Notes: generated from the letters alone by a model not told the origin. DNA of 64,000 nucleotides from an uncultured Acidobacteriaceae bacterium (GCA_963845585.1 CAWJSL010000003.1:1438235-1502234); one strand, 5' to 3'; positions 43,773-53,106 are shown, numbered from the stretch's first letter. Numbers and translations: made by a program.

Positions 43773-44303
43773 ATGGCAAAACGATCGACGATTTCCAAGC
43801 GTCCTGCGAAGTCGCAGCCTAAGGCGGATCGTCCTTTTGCTCCCGGCTATGGCATTGTCGGTGCTGAAGACGGTAAGGGTCTGCTCCCTTGGGCCTGGGT
43901 TGCCAGGAAAATGAACCGTTGCCGGACGTTCTGGTTGGCCACGATTCACGCCGGTCTTCATCCAAATCAGGGACGTCCGCATGTGATGCCGGTTTGGGGA
44001 GTGTGGCTCGACGACGCTTTCTTCTTTTCGACCGGACGCAAATCCCGCAAAGGTCAAAACCTCGCCGCCAATCCCGCGTGCACGATTGCGAACGATGAGG
44101 CCGCGGAAGCTGTGATCGTCGAGGGACTGGCGACTCCGGTGGAGGATGCAGCGGCGCTGGAGCGCGTCGCGACCGCCTACAAGAAGAAATATAAGATGGA
44201 CCCCCGCAGTATGGGAGAGCCGATTTTCATCGTACGTCCGAGGGTTGTATTCGGATTCATTGAGAAGACGTTTCCGAAGTCGGCGACGAGATGGAAACTG
44301 TAG
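43773..44303 (+). CDS. Pyridoxamine 5'-phosphate oxidase (PPOX)-family flavoprotein
   Basis: CRTFWLATIHAGLHPNQGRPHVMPVWGVWLDDAFFFSTGRKSRKGQNLAANP is typical of the PPOX split-barrel fold. ATG at 43773. Confidence 0.75.
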   Translation: MAKRSTISKRPAKSQPKADRPFAPGYGIVGAEDGKGLLPWAWVARKMNRCRTFWLATIHAGLHPNQGRPHVMPVWGVWLDDAFFFSTGRKSRKGQNLAANPACTIANDEAAEAVIVEGLATPVEDAAALERVATAYKKKYKMDPRSMGEPIFIVRPRVVFGFIEKTFPKSATRWKL

Positions 44304-44393
44304 AATTTGTAATTGGTAATTTCTGATTTGCAATTTGAAAGGCCACGTCGGCCACATCAAATTACCAATTACAAATCACCCAATCGCAAATTC
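44304..44393. repeat. Tandem-heptamer inverted-arm element (AATTTGT flavour) between convergent genes
   Basis: - Left arm: aatttgt aattggt aatttct gatttgc aatttga.
- Right arm: tcaaatt accaatt acaaatc ... gcaaatt.
- The loop contains ggccacgtcggcc.

The right arm overlaps the 3' end of the YihY-family gene. Confidence 0.88.
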
Positions 44394-45274
44394 CGCACTA
44401 CTTTTCGCGCCGACAGATGCGCCCCCGTCAGCAGCAGCATCCCCGACAGGAACGCCCAGAACATCAGGCTGACCGAGATAGCGAACGGCCCATACACTTC
44501 CGCGAAGTTCAGCCGGGGCAGGGCGAACATATAAACGTACTTCAGCGCCTCCGAGAGCAATCCCATCAGCACCGCCGCCGGCAGGACTCCCCGGGCCGAA
44601 ACCTTGCCGTTCGGCAACAGCCAGTAGACGAGAAAGAAGATCGCGATACTGGCCAGGATCGAAAAGATCTTCATGGTCACGAAGTCCACCAGATCCACAT
44701 ACCAACCGCCATAGCCGTGCAGCACACTCTTCAAGATGGCTACATTTCCGGCGGTCAATCCCACCGAGATCAGGGCGAGCGATCCGCAGGCAAACACCAG
44801 CGCCAGCGACATCAACTGATTTCCCAGGTACGAGCGGTTGTTGCGAAATCCCCAGACGCGGTTCAGCGCAACTTCCAGCGGCAGAAAAATTCCCGTGGAA
44901 GTAATCAGCAGCATGGCCAGCGAGAACACTTGCGCCCGATGGTGCGCGCCGACCAGCACATTCAGGTTTCGGATCACGAATTCCTGGCCCGTCGGAATAT
45001 AGTCGCGCAACAGGCTCTCGACGACGCCGTACATGATCCGGGAATGAAAGACGTATCGGATCAGCGTCATCAGCAACAGCAGAAACGGAAAGAACGACAG
45101 AATGGCGTTAGCGGCGACCGAGAAGGCAAAGGTGTGTACCTCGGTCCGGAGCAGATAGCGTGCGGTCGAGCGCACCAGCCCTTCGGCCGGAGCAGCGCGA
45201 AGTTCGGCCGCTCCTTTCTTGTCCGAAAGCTCGATGGGAGTGATCGACGACACTGGTTTCTCAAATATTATCAA
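44369..45274 (-). CDS. YihY/BrkB family membrane protein
   Basis: 301 aa, multi-TM. AFSVAANAILSFFPFLLLLMTLIRYV and the overall YihY-like pattern. Confidence 0.82.
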   Translation of the reverse strand: MIIFEKPVSSITPIELSDKKGAAELRAAPAEGLVRSTARYLLRTEVHTFAFSVAANAILSFFPFLLLLMTLIRYVFHSRIMYGVVESLLRDYIPTGQEFVIRNLNVLVGAHHRAQVFSLAMLLITSTGIFLPLEVALNRVWGFRNNRSYLGNQLMSLALVFACGSLALISVGLTAGNVAILKSVLHGYGGWYVDLVDFVTMKIFSILASIAIFFLVYWLLPNGKVSARGVLPAAVLMGLLSEALKYVYMFALPRLNFAEVYGPFAISVSLMFWAFLSGMLLLTGAHLSARKVVRNLRLGDL

Positions 45275-45710
45275 ATACTTACGGCTTTCCGTCGAACTCG
45301 CAGGTTCCGTGCCCTTTGACCGATCCCAGGGTCACGTTCGTTCTCAATTTGTTCTCAGCAACTTCCCTCTTGCCAACCGCAATCTTCCTGCTATTATTTC
45401 CTGCTCGTCACCCGGACCCGGTTGGCGAGCGACTACCAGGGTTGACGCTTCTGTGTCAGCAGTCGGATATCGCGCCTTCGTTTTCGCGGCTTCGCCGTAT
45501 TTCGTCGCGGGCAACCGTTCGACGGAATGCAGGGGAGCCGTTTCTGTTGGTGTGGTATCGCCCGCGCGCGGCGACGCCAGCAACAAATTCTTACCGTCCT
45601 TTGTGCGGATGCCCCGGTTTCGGATCTCCGGTATCGAGTGTCCGGTGCACCAGGGCAGACCGGCAAGCGACGGAAGAATAATTCTTTGATGAGGCGAAAG
45701 GAGTTTCTTT

Positions 45711-45917
45711 GTGAGAGAAAAGGGTACTGTGAAGTGGTTCAATGGGGCGAAGGGGTACGGATTCATCCAGCGCTCCACGGGCGAGGACGTGTTCGTGCAT
45801 TTTTCGGCCATCCAGGAGAACGGCTACCGCTCGCTGAACGAAGGCGAGACCGTCGAGTTCGATCTGCTCAAAGGCCCTAAGGGCTTTCAGGCGGGCAATG
45901 TAGTGCGCGCGGCATAA
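45711..45917 (+). CDS. Cold-shock protein (CspA family)
   Basis: [16 protein letters not shown] (RNP1) and VFVHFSAI (RNP2). GTG start. Long upstream untranslated region. Confidence 0.92.
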
Positions 45918-45938
45918 TATTTCTCGAACCAGTTCGCC

Positions 45939-45970
45939 AACCCTCTCGGTTCGTCGGGAGGGTTTTTTAT
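45939..45970 (+). terminator. Rho-independent terminator after csp
   Basis: aaccctc ...loop... gagggtt followed by ttttttatt. Confidence 0.7.
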
Positions 45971-46062
45971 TGCGCCGGAGTTTCCGATGGATACGATCCG
46001 GCCCACGCGCCGTTGAATCTTGATAATGTGTACACACCCGTGTATTATAAATTCCAGACGTC

Positions 46063-46383
46063 ATGGCTGAACTGAGCTTTGAATGGGACGAAGAAAAGAA
46101 CGCGGCCAACATCAAGAATCACGGGATTGATTTCTTGGACGCCGCCTTGATCTTTGAAAACCCGACGCTTGAGGCCATCGACGATCGAGCGGACTACGGC
46201 GAGGTGAGAACCATCGCATTTGGGCTATCGGGTGAGACAGTGCTGCAAGTCGTCTACACCTGGCGTGGCGAAAACATCCGCATCATCAGCGCGAGGAAAG
46301 CAAACCGTTATGACGCAGAAAAATACTACCGTGAGATATTCGCTGAGCGCGCTCAAAAGGAAAGCTGCCCGCGGCGCAAGTAA
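46063..46383 (+). CDS. brnT: BrnT family toxin (DUF497 ribonuclease toxin)
   Basis: FEWDEEKNAANIKNHGIDFLDAALIFENP...IISARKANRYDAEKYY is the BrnT signature. Confidence 0.85.
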   Translation: MAELSFEWDEEKNAANIKNHGIDFLDAALIFENPTLEAIDDRADYGEVRTIAFGLSGETVLQVVYTWRGENIRIISARKANRYDAEKYYREIFAERAQKESCPRRK

Positions 46384-46585
46384 GACGCGCCTCAACGCGC
46401 CGGAAGCTCCGGCCGTCGGCAAAGATTTCTGGAAGCGCGCCCGGGTGGTCATGCCGAGCGGCAAGACCTCCGTGCATCTGCGCATTGACAGCGATGTGTT
46501 CGAGTGGTTCAAGAGACAGGGAGCAGGCCATCTCACGCGCATGAACGCGGTTTTGCGCTCCTACGTCGACGCGCAAAAACACTAA
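46310..46585 (+). CDS. brnA: BrnA family antitoxin
   Basis: C-terminus KTSVHLRIDSDVFEWFKRQGAGHLTRMNAVLRSYVDA is the BrnA RHH-like motif. Overlaps the brnT 3' end in another frame. Confidence 0.8.
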   Translation: MTQKNTTVRYSLSALKRKAARGASKTRLNAPEAPAVGKDFWKRARVVMPSGKTSVHLRIDSDVFEWFKRQGAGHLTRMNAVLRSYVDAQKH

Positions 46586-46978
46586 AACGAGTGAAAGGGT
46601 GGGCCAGCCCCCAAAGCTAAATCAATCTGACTATGTTTACTGGTTGGTACTGGTGGGGGTACCCCCCTCCCCCCCTCCCTATGGGAATCATCGGGTTACG
46701 AGGAAAATTTTTCCAGGTCTTTGAGTTTAAAGGAGTTAACTTACAAAGTATTCATAACAAAGGAGTTAAGTCCTGCTCCTTGGGGCCTTTGGCCTTTAGA
46801 ATCAATGAGTTGCAACTTACTAAGTTGCGCAAGATCTAGATTTCAAAGAGCTTAGATCAAAAGCGGCTGCGGCCACGCTGGGCTGCTTGCTAGTTCTTAT
46901 TATAGTTCATGGTGTCAACTAGTATAAGAGGGGTGCGCGCTTGTCGCTTTTGAGAGGTGGCCTGCGGACAACTATTAC

Positions 46979-47123
46979 CCGGGTAGTTATGCCGAGTGGC
47001 AAGACCTCCGTGCATCTGCGCCTTGACAGCGACGTGTTCGAGTGGTTCAAGAGACAGGGCGAAGGCCATCTCACGCGCATGAACGCGGTTTTGCGCTCCT
47101 ATGTTGACGCGCACAAACGCTGA
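46979..47123 (+). pseudogene. Orphan duplicate of the brnA 3' end (C-terminal 47 codons), no cognate brnT
   Basis: The 145 nt align base-for-base with 46441-46585, with about 12 mismatches by hand alignment. The upstream part of the gene is replaced by unrelated AT-rich sequence. Confidence 0.7.
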
Positions 47124-47276
47124 TGTCGCCGGGCGCCCGAAAGTCAGAACCCCCACCCTGTCGCAAAGAACGCGACCAGGATGGGGCAGCCCCAAGGCAG
47201 AATGAAGTGGAAGGCTGGGCCAGCCCCCGATTTCGGGCCTGTAAGGCAACGGTGCCGACTTGGGTTCGCTACTCAC

Positions 47277-47288
47277 AGTCTGTAGACT
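47277..47288 (+). promoter_or_regulatory. Candidate C-box operator (AGTC-TGTA-GACT palindrome) upstream of the controller gene
   Basis: agtctgtagact is a perfect palindrome about 60 nt upstream of ATG 47349. A further GACT lies at 47257-47260. GACT/AGTC half-sites are typical of C-boxes. Confidence 0.35.
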
Positions 47289-47348
47289 CGGAGGCATCTT
47301 GTTTTGAATCATGCCTGTGACACGCTAACCAATGATTTTCTGAGCAAA

Positions 47349-47603
47349 ATGGCTGCAAGAGTAGTACGCAAAGCGGGTAAACGCTTGACCTCGGTGCTGG
47401 CTGCGAATCTCCGCAGCTACAGACGGAGGATGCAGCTATCTCAGGAAGAATTGGCGGAGCGGTGCGGGCTTCACCGAACGTATGTCGGGTCGGTTGAACG
47501 AGCTGAGCGAAACGTAACGCTCAGTTCCCTCGAAGTCTTAGCGCGCGCGCTTGGTGTGTCAGTTCCCGAACTGCTCACACCGAGAAGCGATGACGACAAA
47601 TGA
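47349..47603 (+). CDS. XRE-family HTH controller (C) protein of the R-M system
   Basis: LRSYRRRMQLSQEELAERCGLHRTYVGSVERAERNVTLSSLEVLARALGVSVPELL. 84 aa from ATG 47349. The 3' end overlaps the endonuclease start (ATGACGACAAATGA). Confidence 0.75.
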   Translation: MAARVVRKAGKRLTSVLAANLRSYRRRMQLSQEELAERCGLHRTYVGSVERAERNVTLSSLEVLARALGVSVPELLTPRSDDDK

Positions 47604-48648
47604 ACCTCCAATTGATCCGCAGAAATTTGTTGCAGCTATCCGCAAAAGCGGCCTGACAATCTACGATGCAATAAAGGTCAGTGATCCGGCATTGTGGATT
47701 CCGACGCCGGAACTGCAAGCCTTGCTTGATGCGGGGCTGCGAGGATTGTCGCTCAAAGGTCTTCCGCTACGGACAAGCTCGAAGGTAGTCAAGGCAAGGG
47801 TCTGTGAAGTACTCGGTTATCCTGTGCCAAAGTCGTTCAAGAAAACCCAGCCGCGATTTCCCGGCCAGTTGTTTGATACCTACCGGCAGAAATCAAACAA
47901 CGTGCAGGTTTTCAACGAAGAACTGTCTCCGACGCGACGTTATGTCCTGATCCGGGTGTCGGATAATGATGTGGTAACCCGCGTCAGAGTCGTGACGGGC
48001 GAAGCCCTGGCGCTGCTCGATACTACAGGGACTCTGACCCGCAAATATCAAGCCCGGTGCATTCCAGGAGAAAAAGCAACTGAACTCATTACGCCAATGG
48101 ACACGGTACTGTTAGCGCCATTCGTGAGACCAAATGTCGATCTTCGCAATGTGGCGACGCCGGTGAAGCATCCTCAAGCGGGGGAGTTGCTGTCGATAAA
48201 GGTAGTGTTCGAGCGTCTTTCGGCGCTCGTCGGACAGAAGTTTGCTAATGCAGGTGTCGATCAAGAGCGAAACCGGGGCGCGGCTTTGCATCGCCTCGTG
48301 TGTACGACGCTTGGGTATGCCAGCTATCAAGATGACGGACAATTCCCGGATGTGCGTCACCAGCTTGTGGAAGTGAAACTTCAGACATCGCCGACGATTG
48401 ATCTTGGCCTTGTGAGGCCGAACAGCACTGAGGCGCTCGATGTGCCGATGATCGAGGGGAAACAAATCAGGCATTGTGACGTGCGCTATGCGGTATTTTA
48501 TGGACGCGTTGCTGCAGGACAGGTGGAACTGACGCACGTATTCCTGTCAACGGGCGAGGGGTTTTTCAACCGCTTTCCGCAGTTTCAGGGAAAGGTGCTC
48601 AATGCCAAACTGCAAATCCCGCTACCGTCGGACTTCTTCGACGGGTAG
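47590..48648 (+). CDS. Type II restriction endonuclease candidate, PD-(D/E)XK with MutH/Sau3AI-like modules
   Basis: C-terminal half has LGYASYQDDGQFPDVRHQLVEVKLQTSPTIDLG (PD...ExK). N-terminal half has a similar but degenerate module (VLGYPVPKSFKKTQPRFPGQLFDTYRQKS). Sits between the C protein and a convergent methyltransferase. Confidence 0.65.
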   Translation: MTTNEPPIDPQKFVAAIRKSGLTIYDAIKVSDPALWIPTPELQALLDAGLRGLSLKGLPLRTSSKVVKARVCEVLGYPVPKSFKKTQPRFPGQLFDTYRQKSNNVQVFNEELSPTRRYVLIRVSDNDVVTRVRVVTGEALALLDTTGTLTRKYQARCIPGEKATELITPMDTVLLAPFVRPNVDLRNVATPVKHPQAGELLSIKVVFERLSALVGQKFANAGVDQERNRGAALHRLVCTTLGYASYQDDGQFPDVRHQLVEVKLQTSPTIDLGLVRPNSTEALDVPMIEGKQIRHCDVRYAVFYGRVAAGQVELTHVFLSTGEGFFNRFPQFQGKVLNAKLQIPLPSDFFDG

Positions 48649-50367
48649 GCCGAATGCTTCCCATACCATCCGATCAAGTTTTGCTTCCAATATCTCGTTT
48701 TCAGGTGACCCTGCGGCGTCATAGATAGCCTTGGCCTCAGCGATGATCTTGCGTGCAAGCGGTGTCTCTGGATCGGGCAAGGGAAACTGTTCGACATACT
48801 GCGTGATAAATCGTCGCCGTCCGGCATATAGCTTGTTATTGAAACGATGATCGTAGAACGCTTCGGCAAATGTGGAGTTTGCTACGGCAGCGGCGAGCCA
48901 TAAAAGGGGAGCGTGATCGGGTCGAGCGCATGTCAGCCAGTAGCAATCGCCATTGACGATGGTGCCATCCAAATCAAGCCAGAAGGTTGGACGCTCGGAG
49001 ATGTCCTTGAAAACCAGTTTCGGCGCGGCCCAACTTTCTGGGTCCTGTGGCACCCAAAGCTCGTACCACTGGCGGCCTCCCTCGATGACGTAGGTCCGCC
49101 CCTCAAGGGTTGCGCGGTGCGTTTCAAGATAGGCGCGAGTTTTGGGATAATCGGATAGGTCCACGGCGCGGCGCTGTTCTTCTACTACCTCATGGGGGTA
49201 AACAATCGACCGCTGTTTTTCATGCGGAATCGATCGAAAGCGCCCTGCGATATGATGCGTCGTCACGGGCCGCAAAAGTTCTGGCTGCTCGTAATCAGGC
49301 AGGGTATTCCAATCACTGCGAATGAACACTCTATCGGCGCAAGTTTTGACGCCGACACGAATTTTTCCGATGCTGCGGAACGTTCCCCACGCATGAGACA
49401 TGACAGTCGCTAGCCAAGCATCGCCACTGTCCGTAGCGATGCGCCAAACTTCGTGTGTAGGGCCGGTGGCGTCAAGCGTACCGTGCTGAACACGAAATCT
49501 GCGCCCGTCGGCAAGGGCAACGGGGCCGACCATACCAAGGGCGGCGACGGGATTGAGGGCCTCGATTGTGGCAGGCTCGTCCGTTTCGTATATCGACGTA
49601 AAGGCCGGGAGGGCAGGGTCATGCCCATGCCGCCCTTCGGCAAGAATCACGGCGGGCAAGACAGCCGCAGTAAAGATCTTGGTATCTCCCAAGTCCCAAA
49701 TGTGACGTAGTGAAAAACGCTCTCGTAGCGCGGAGCGTAGCCCGGCACCGCCCTTTGTTGTCATGAAACGATTAGATACAATAATGCCCGCAGTACCCCC
49801 AGGTCGCAGAACCTGTGCCATGCCGATGAGGAAGGCATGGTAAAGATCAACCCTCCCTGAGAGACCGAAAGCCGTCGCCAACTCTTGGGCCTGATCGGCT
49901 CCCATAATCTGCGTGCGGACATAGGGTGGATTGGCAATAATCAAGTCAAAACGTTCGGGATCAGCGGGGGGGAATAGAGACGAAGTGCCGGAAACAGCGC
50001 CCTGTTCTAGGACGAACTCAAGGAAACTCCCGAACTCGAGGTGAAGGTGCACGTGCGGGAATGCCGTAGAAAGCCTCCGCCGCGCTTCGCACAGGGCGGC
50101 CTCGTCCGTCTCAAAACCATAGATGTGAATGCGTGCGTCGGTCCGGGAACGTAGTTTCGTCAAGAGACTCAACAGTAACTCTCCGTCCCCGACTGCGGGA
50201 TCAAGGACGCGGATGGAGCTTTTGCCTTCGAGATTGGCACAGTTGGCGATTTTGTCTGCAACAAAATCGGCGAGGAGCAGGGGGGTATAAGTTGCACCGC
50301 CAGCCTTTTCCTCGGTCACAAAACGATATCGTTTGGTGAATTGTGGCTGCGTCGCCGAGTGCATCAA
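48622..50367 (-). CDS. N6-adenine DNA methyltransferase (gamma class, Eco57I/TaqI-like)
   Basis: Motif I VLDPAVGDGELL and motif IV IIANPPYV. 581 aa with a large C-terminal target-recognition region. The 3' end overlaps the endonuclease gene by 27 nt. Confidence 0.88.
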   Translation of the reverse strand: MMHSATQPQFTKRYRFVTEEKAGGATYTPLLLADFVADKIANCANLEGKSSIRVLDPAVGDGELLLSLLTKLRSRTDARIHIYGFETDEAALCEARRRLSTAFPHVHLHLEFGSFLEFVLEQGAVSGTSSLFPPADPERFDLIIANPPYVRTQIMGADQAQELATAFGLSGRVDLYHAFLIGMAQVLRPGGTAGIIVSNRFMTTKGGAGLRSALRERFSLRHIWDLGDTKIFTAAVLPAVILAEGRHGHDPALPAFTSIYETDEPATIEALNPVAALGMVGPVALADGRRFRVQHGTLDATGPTHEVWRIATDSGDAWLATVMSHAWGTFRSIGKIRVGVKTCADRVFIRSDWNTLPDYEQPELLRPVTTHHIAGRFRSIPHEKQRSIVYPHEVVEEQRRAVDLSDYPKTRAYLETHRATLEGRTYVIEGGRQWYELWVPQDPESWAAPKLVFKDISERPTFWLDLDGTIVNGDCYWLTCARPDHAPLLWLAAAVANSTFAEAFYDHRFNNKLYAGRRRFITQYVEQFPLPDPETPLARKIIAEAKAIYDAAGSPENEILEAKLDRMVWEAFGLPVEEVRR

Positions 50368-50474
50368 TGCATTTCCTTCACTGCCGTATTCCCGCTACTT
50401 ATGGTCATCACTACGGCCTCTCATGTCAAGGGATCATTTGGGCGCTGCCTATTCGGTGCAACGCATCCCGTAAG

Positions 50475-51107
50475 TCATTTTTCCACCGTCTTAGTATCCA
50501 GGCTTTTCCAAAGATACCAGCAGGCGATCGAGCGATAAGGAGCCCACGGTTTCGCGATCTTCTCCATCACCGCGGGCTTCGGCCACTTGCGTTTCTTGTA
50601 GTGCTTCTTGATGGCGGCCTGCACACCGTAATCGCCAGTCGGGAGAATATCCGGACGCCGCAGCGTGAACATCAGGAACATGTGCGCCGTCCAGACGCCG
50701 ACGCCCTTCACTTGGGTAAGATGCGCGATCACTTCTTCTTCAGAAAGTTCCGCCATGCGCTCGAACTCCAGCAGACCGGCCGCGGTCTTCTCGGCCAGAT
50801 CGCGCAGATACGCGGTCTTCTGCCGCGACAGCCCGACGCCGCGCATTTCGGCGTCGGTCAGTTTGAGAATGCCCTTCGGCGTCAGCGGATCGCCGGCCAG
50901 AGCGGTGAAGCGATTGAAGATGGTCACGGCCGCTTTGCCGTTCAACTGCTGATAGAGGATGGCCTCGGCCAAGGCGTGAAACGTGGGCTCGCCAAACTGC
51001 ATGCGGCATGGCCCTACGCGCCCGATAATCTCCGCCATCACGGGGTCGGATTTCTTGAGGTGCCTGATCGCCGGATGGCTCGTTGGGTGGTGGATCGGTT
51101 TGGGCAT
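50475..51107 (-). CDS. DNA-3-methyladenine glycosylase family protein (HhH-GPD, AlkA-like)
   Basis: Hh[14 protein letters not shown] and catalytic Asp context [13 protein letters not shown]. 210 aa. Confidence 0.82.
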
Positions 51108-51361
51108 CGTCGCTCGCTCCTCGCTGGACGGGAAGACAGTTTAACACACAGGCGAACAGATGGCGAATTTCACGGAGGCCCTGGAAGAAGAAGGGCCAAG
51201 GGCTTCCCAAACCCTGCCACTGCCGCGGCTGTGTGACTGCAATCTGTGTGATTGCAATCCTTGACAGTCCACGCGGCGAGCAGCACAATTCCTACACATT
51301 TTTTTGCGGGCTTTGGAATCGCGTCTTTTCGAGGGAGTTCCGCAAGAAAAGGGGGGCGCAC

Positions 51362-51571
51362 GTGGAACGTTTGAAAGGCACTGTCAAGTGGTTCAACAAC
51401 GCCAAGGGATACGGCTTCCTCGGCCGCGACGATGGACCGGATGTATTCATTCACTACAGCTCAATCACTACCGAGGGCTACAAGAGCCTGCAGGAGGGCG
51501 ACAAGGTGGAGTTTGAGATTGTCCAGGGACAGAAAGGGCCGCAAGCGGCCAATGTAACCAAGAGCTCCTGA
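51362..51571 (+). CDS. Cold-shock protein (CspA family), second paralog
   Basis: [16 protein letters not shown] and [11 protein letters not shown] 51362 is preceded by aaaagggggg. Confidence 0.9.
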
Positions 51572-51884
51572 GCAAAGGTTGTTTTTTCTGAGGCCGGTTT
51601 TGCGGACCAAGCAGCGTGCGCTCGACGCCGGAGCTAGCTGCGTCCTCCGGCGCATGCCAACTCCCTGCTGCGCCGCTTTTCAGCGTTACCATCTTCTCTC
51701 GGATCGGCAACTTAGCAAGCTGGGGAAGAATTCGATGTCGATGCCCAGCCGCTAAAGGGGCATTTGATTTCCAGTGGAAGACTCGGATTGCCGCCCTCCG
51801 GAGATGGGGCAAGCCCCGTCTCTACGGGAGGACGAACTTACGGCATCGCTAAAGGATGCCTTGATACGAAGCCCCAGCAGCCGG

Positions 51885-52859
51885 CTAGTGCGCTCTTACC
51901 GGTTTGCGGCCACGAACGGCGATGGCAGTCTCTCCGACGCGCATGTCTTCCATGCCCATCGCTGCATACCATTTGAACACCTGTTCGTAAGTGTGCTTGG
52001 ACTGATACTTGGGAGAATACCAGTCGAAGGTATCGAGCATGCGGGCTTCGGGATCTTTCTGGCGGTTCACCGGAAACACGTGATGAACAATGCCCGCGGC
52101 TGGACGGCCTACCAGGGGCACGTGTTTCAATCCCTGTTGCAAGTTGTAAAAGAACGGGACGGCAACTTTCAGAATGCGGTGCAGGGTCTCGGGCTTCATC
52201 CTGTGCGTGTAGCGGCGCCAGAAATCGCTGAAGCGATACCACTTGTTGTATCCGCTGTAAAGCCAGACGACGAGGAGGCCACCGGGTTTCAGATATTTAT
52301 CCAGCGCTTTGACGGCGGCCTCGCAATCCGGCGTGTGATGAAGCACTCCGATGCTATAGATGACGTCGAAGCTTTCGGGAGCGAAGGGCAGGGCGAAGAC
52401 GTCGGCCTGGAATGCGACGAAGTCGCGGCCGGCAAGATTCTTGGCGGCAACTTCGGCGGCGGCGCTGAGGTCGATGCCCACCACACGCGCGCCCCAGCGG
52501 GTCGCAACTTCGGCGAAACGTCCCATGCCGCAGCCAACGTCGAGAACCAGTTTGCCTTTGAGATCTTCGGGGCGGAGAGCGGTCTTCATCAAGAAGTTCT
52601 GTTCGGATTCGCGAACCTCGTCGTGGTCGAGTTGCGTCTTCTGATAACGGTGCCACTGAAAGCCGAAACTGGCGGCGTAGTGTTGGGCATCGACAAATCG
52701 CACGATGCCCAGCACGCTGGGATAGACGCGCTTGCAAACCGGACAGAGGAAGCCCGCGGCCGGGTCGCTTTCAAGTTTCGAGCCGCAACTGAGGCAACAC
52801 AGAATTACCTGCAAGTCAGCGGACAGGGGAGACTGCGCCGGTTGTTCCGTGATCGGCAT
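51885..52859 (-). CDS. Class I SAM-dependent methyltransferase with N-terminal zinc-ribbon (Trm112-like)
   Basis: CCLSCGSKL...CPVCKRVY zinc ribbon. SAM motif I LVLDVGCGMGRFAE. ATG at 52859. Confidence 0.8.
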   Translation of the reverse strand: MPITEQPAQSPLSADLQVILCCLSCGSKLESDPAAGFLCPVCKRVYPSVLGIVRFVDAQHYAASFGFQWHRYQKTQLDHDEVRESEQNFLMKTALRPEDLKGKLVLDVGCGMGRFAEVATRWGARVVGIDLSAAAEVAAKNLAGRDFVAFQADVFALPFAPESFDVIYSIGVLHHTPDCEAAVKALDKYLKPGGLLVVWLYSGYNKWYRFSDFWRRYTHRMKPETLHRILKVAVPFFYNLQQGLKHVPLVGRPAAGIVHHVFPVNRQKDPEARMLDTFDWYSPKYQSKHTYEQVFKWYAAMGMEDMRVGETAIAVRGRKPVRAH

Positions 52860-53106
52860 AAACCTCCAGGAAATGACGCGGCTTTTTCGGCGGCGGAGGC
52901 GCCGAGCCGGGTCTTTTGTTCTTGCTTTTTGACCGTCTGCAACAAGGTTGCCGTAAACGCCATGGCAAAATAGGATTCCCGGTTTCAAGTATATCCCGCT
53001 CGCCAAAATCGCCGCCATCTTGGCTAGGTGGGGATCTTCCACAGCCAGATGAACGGGTTCAGGAAGATGCGTGAGCTGTTGAGTTCAGAGCAGGACAGAG
53101 TTTTGA

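Noticed and set aside
46633-46839. 68-aa ORF in the AT-rich spacer between the two brnA copies.
   Set aside because: The translation is Trp/Pro/Gly low-complexity (MFTGWYWWGYPPPPLP...), driven by G- and C-tracts. It has no RBS and no motif, so it is more likely non-coding insert DNA.
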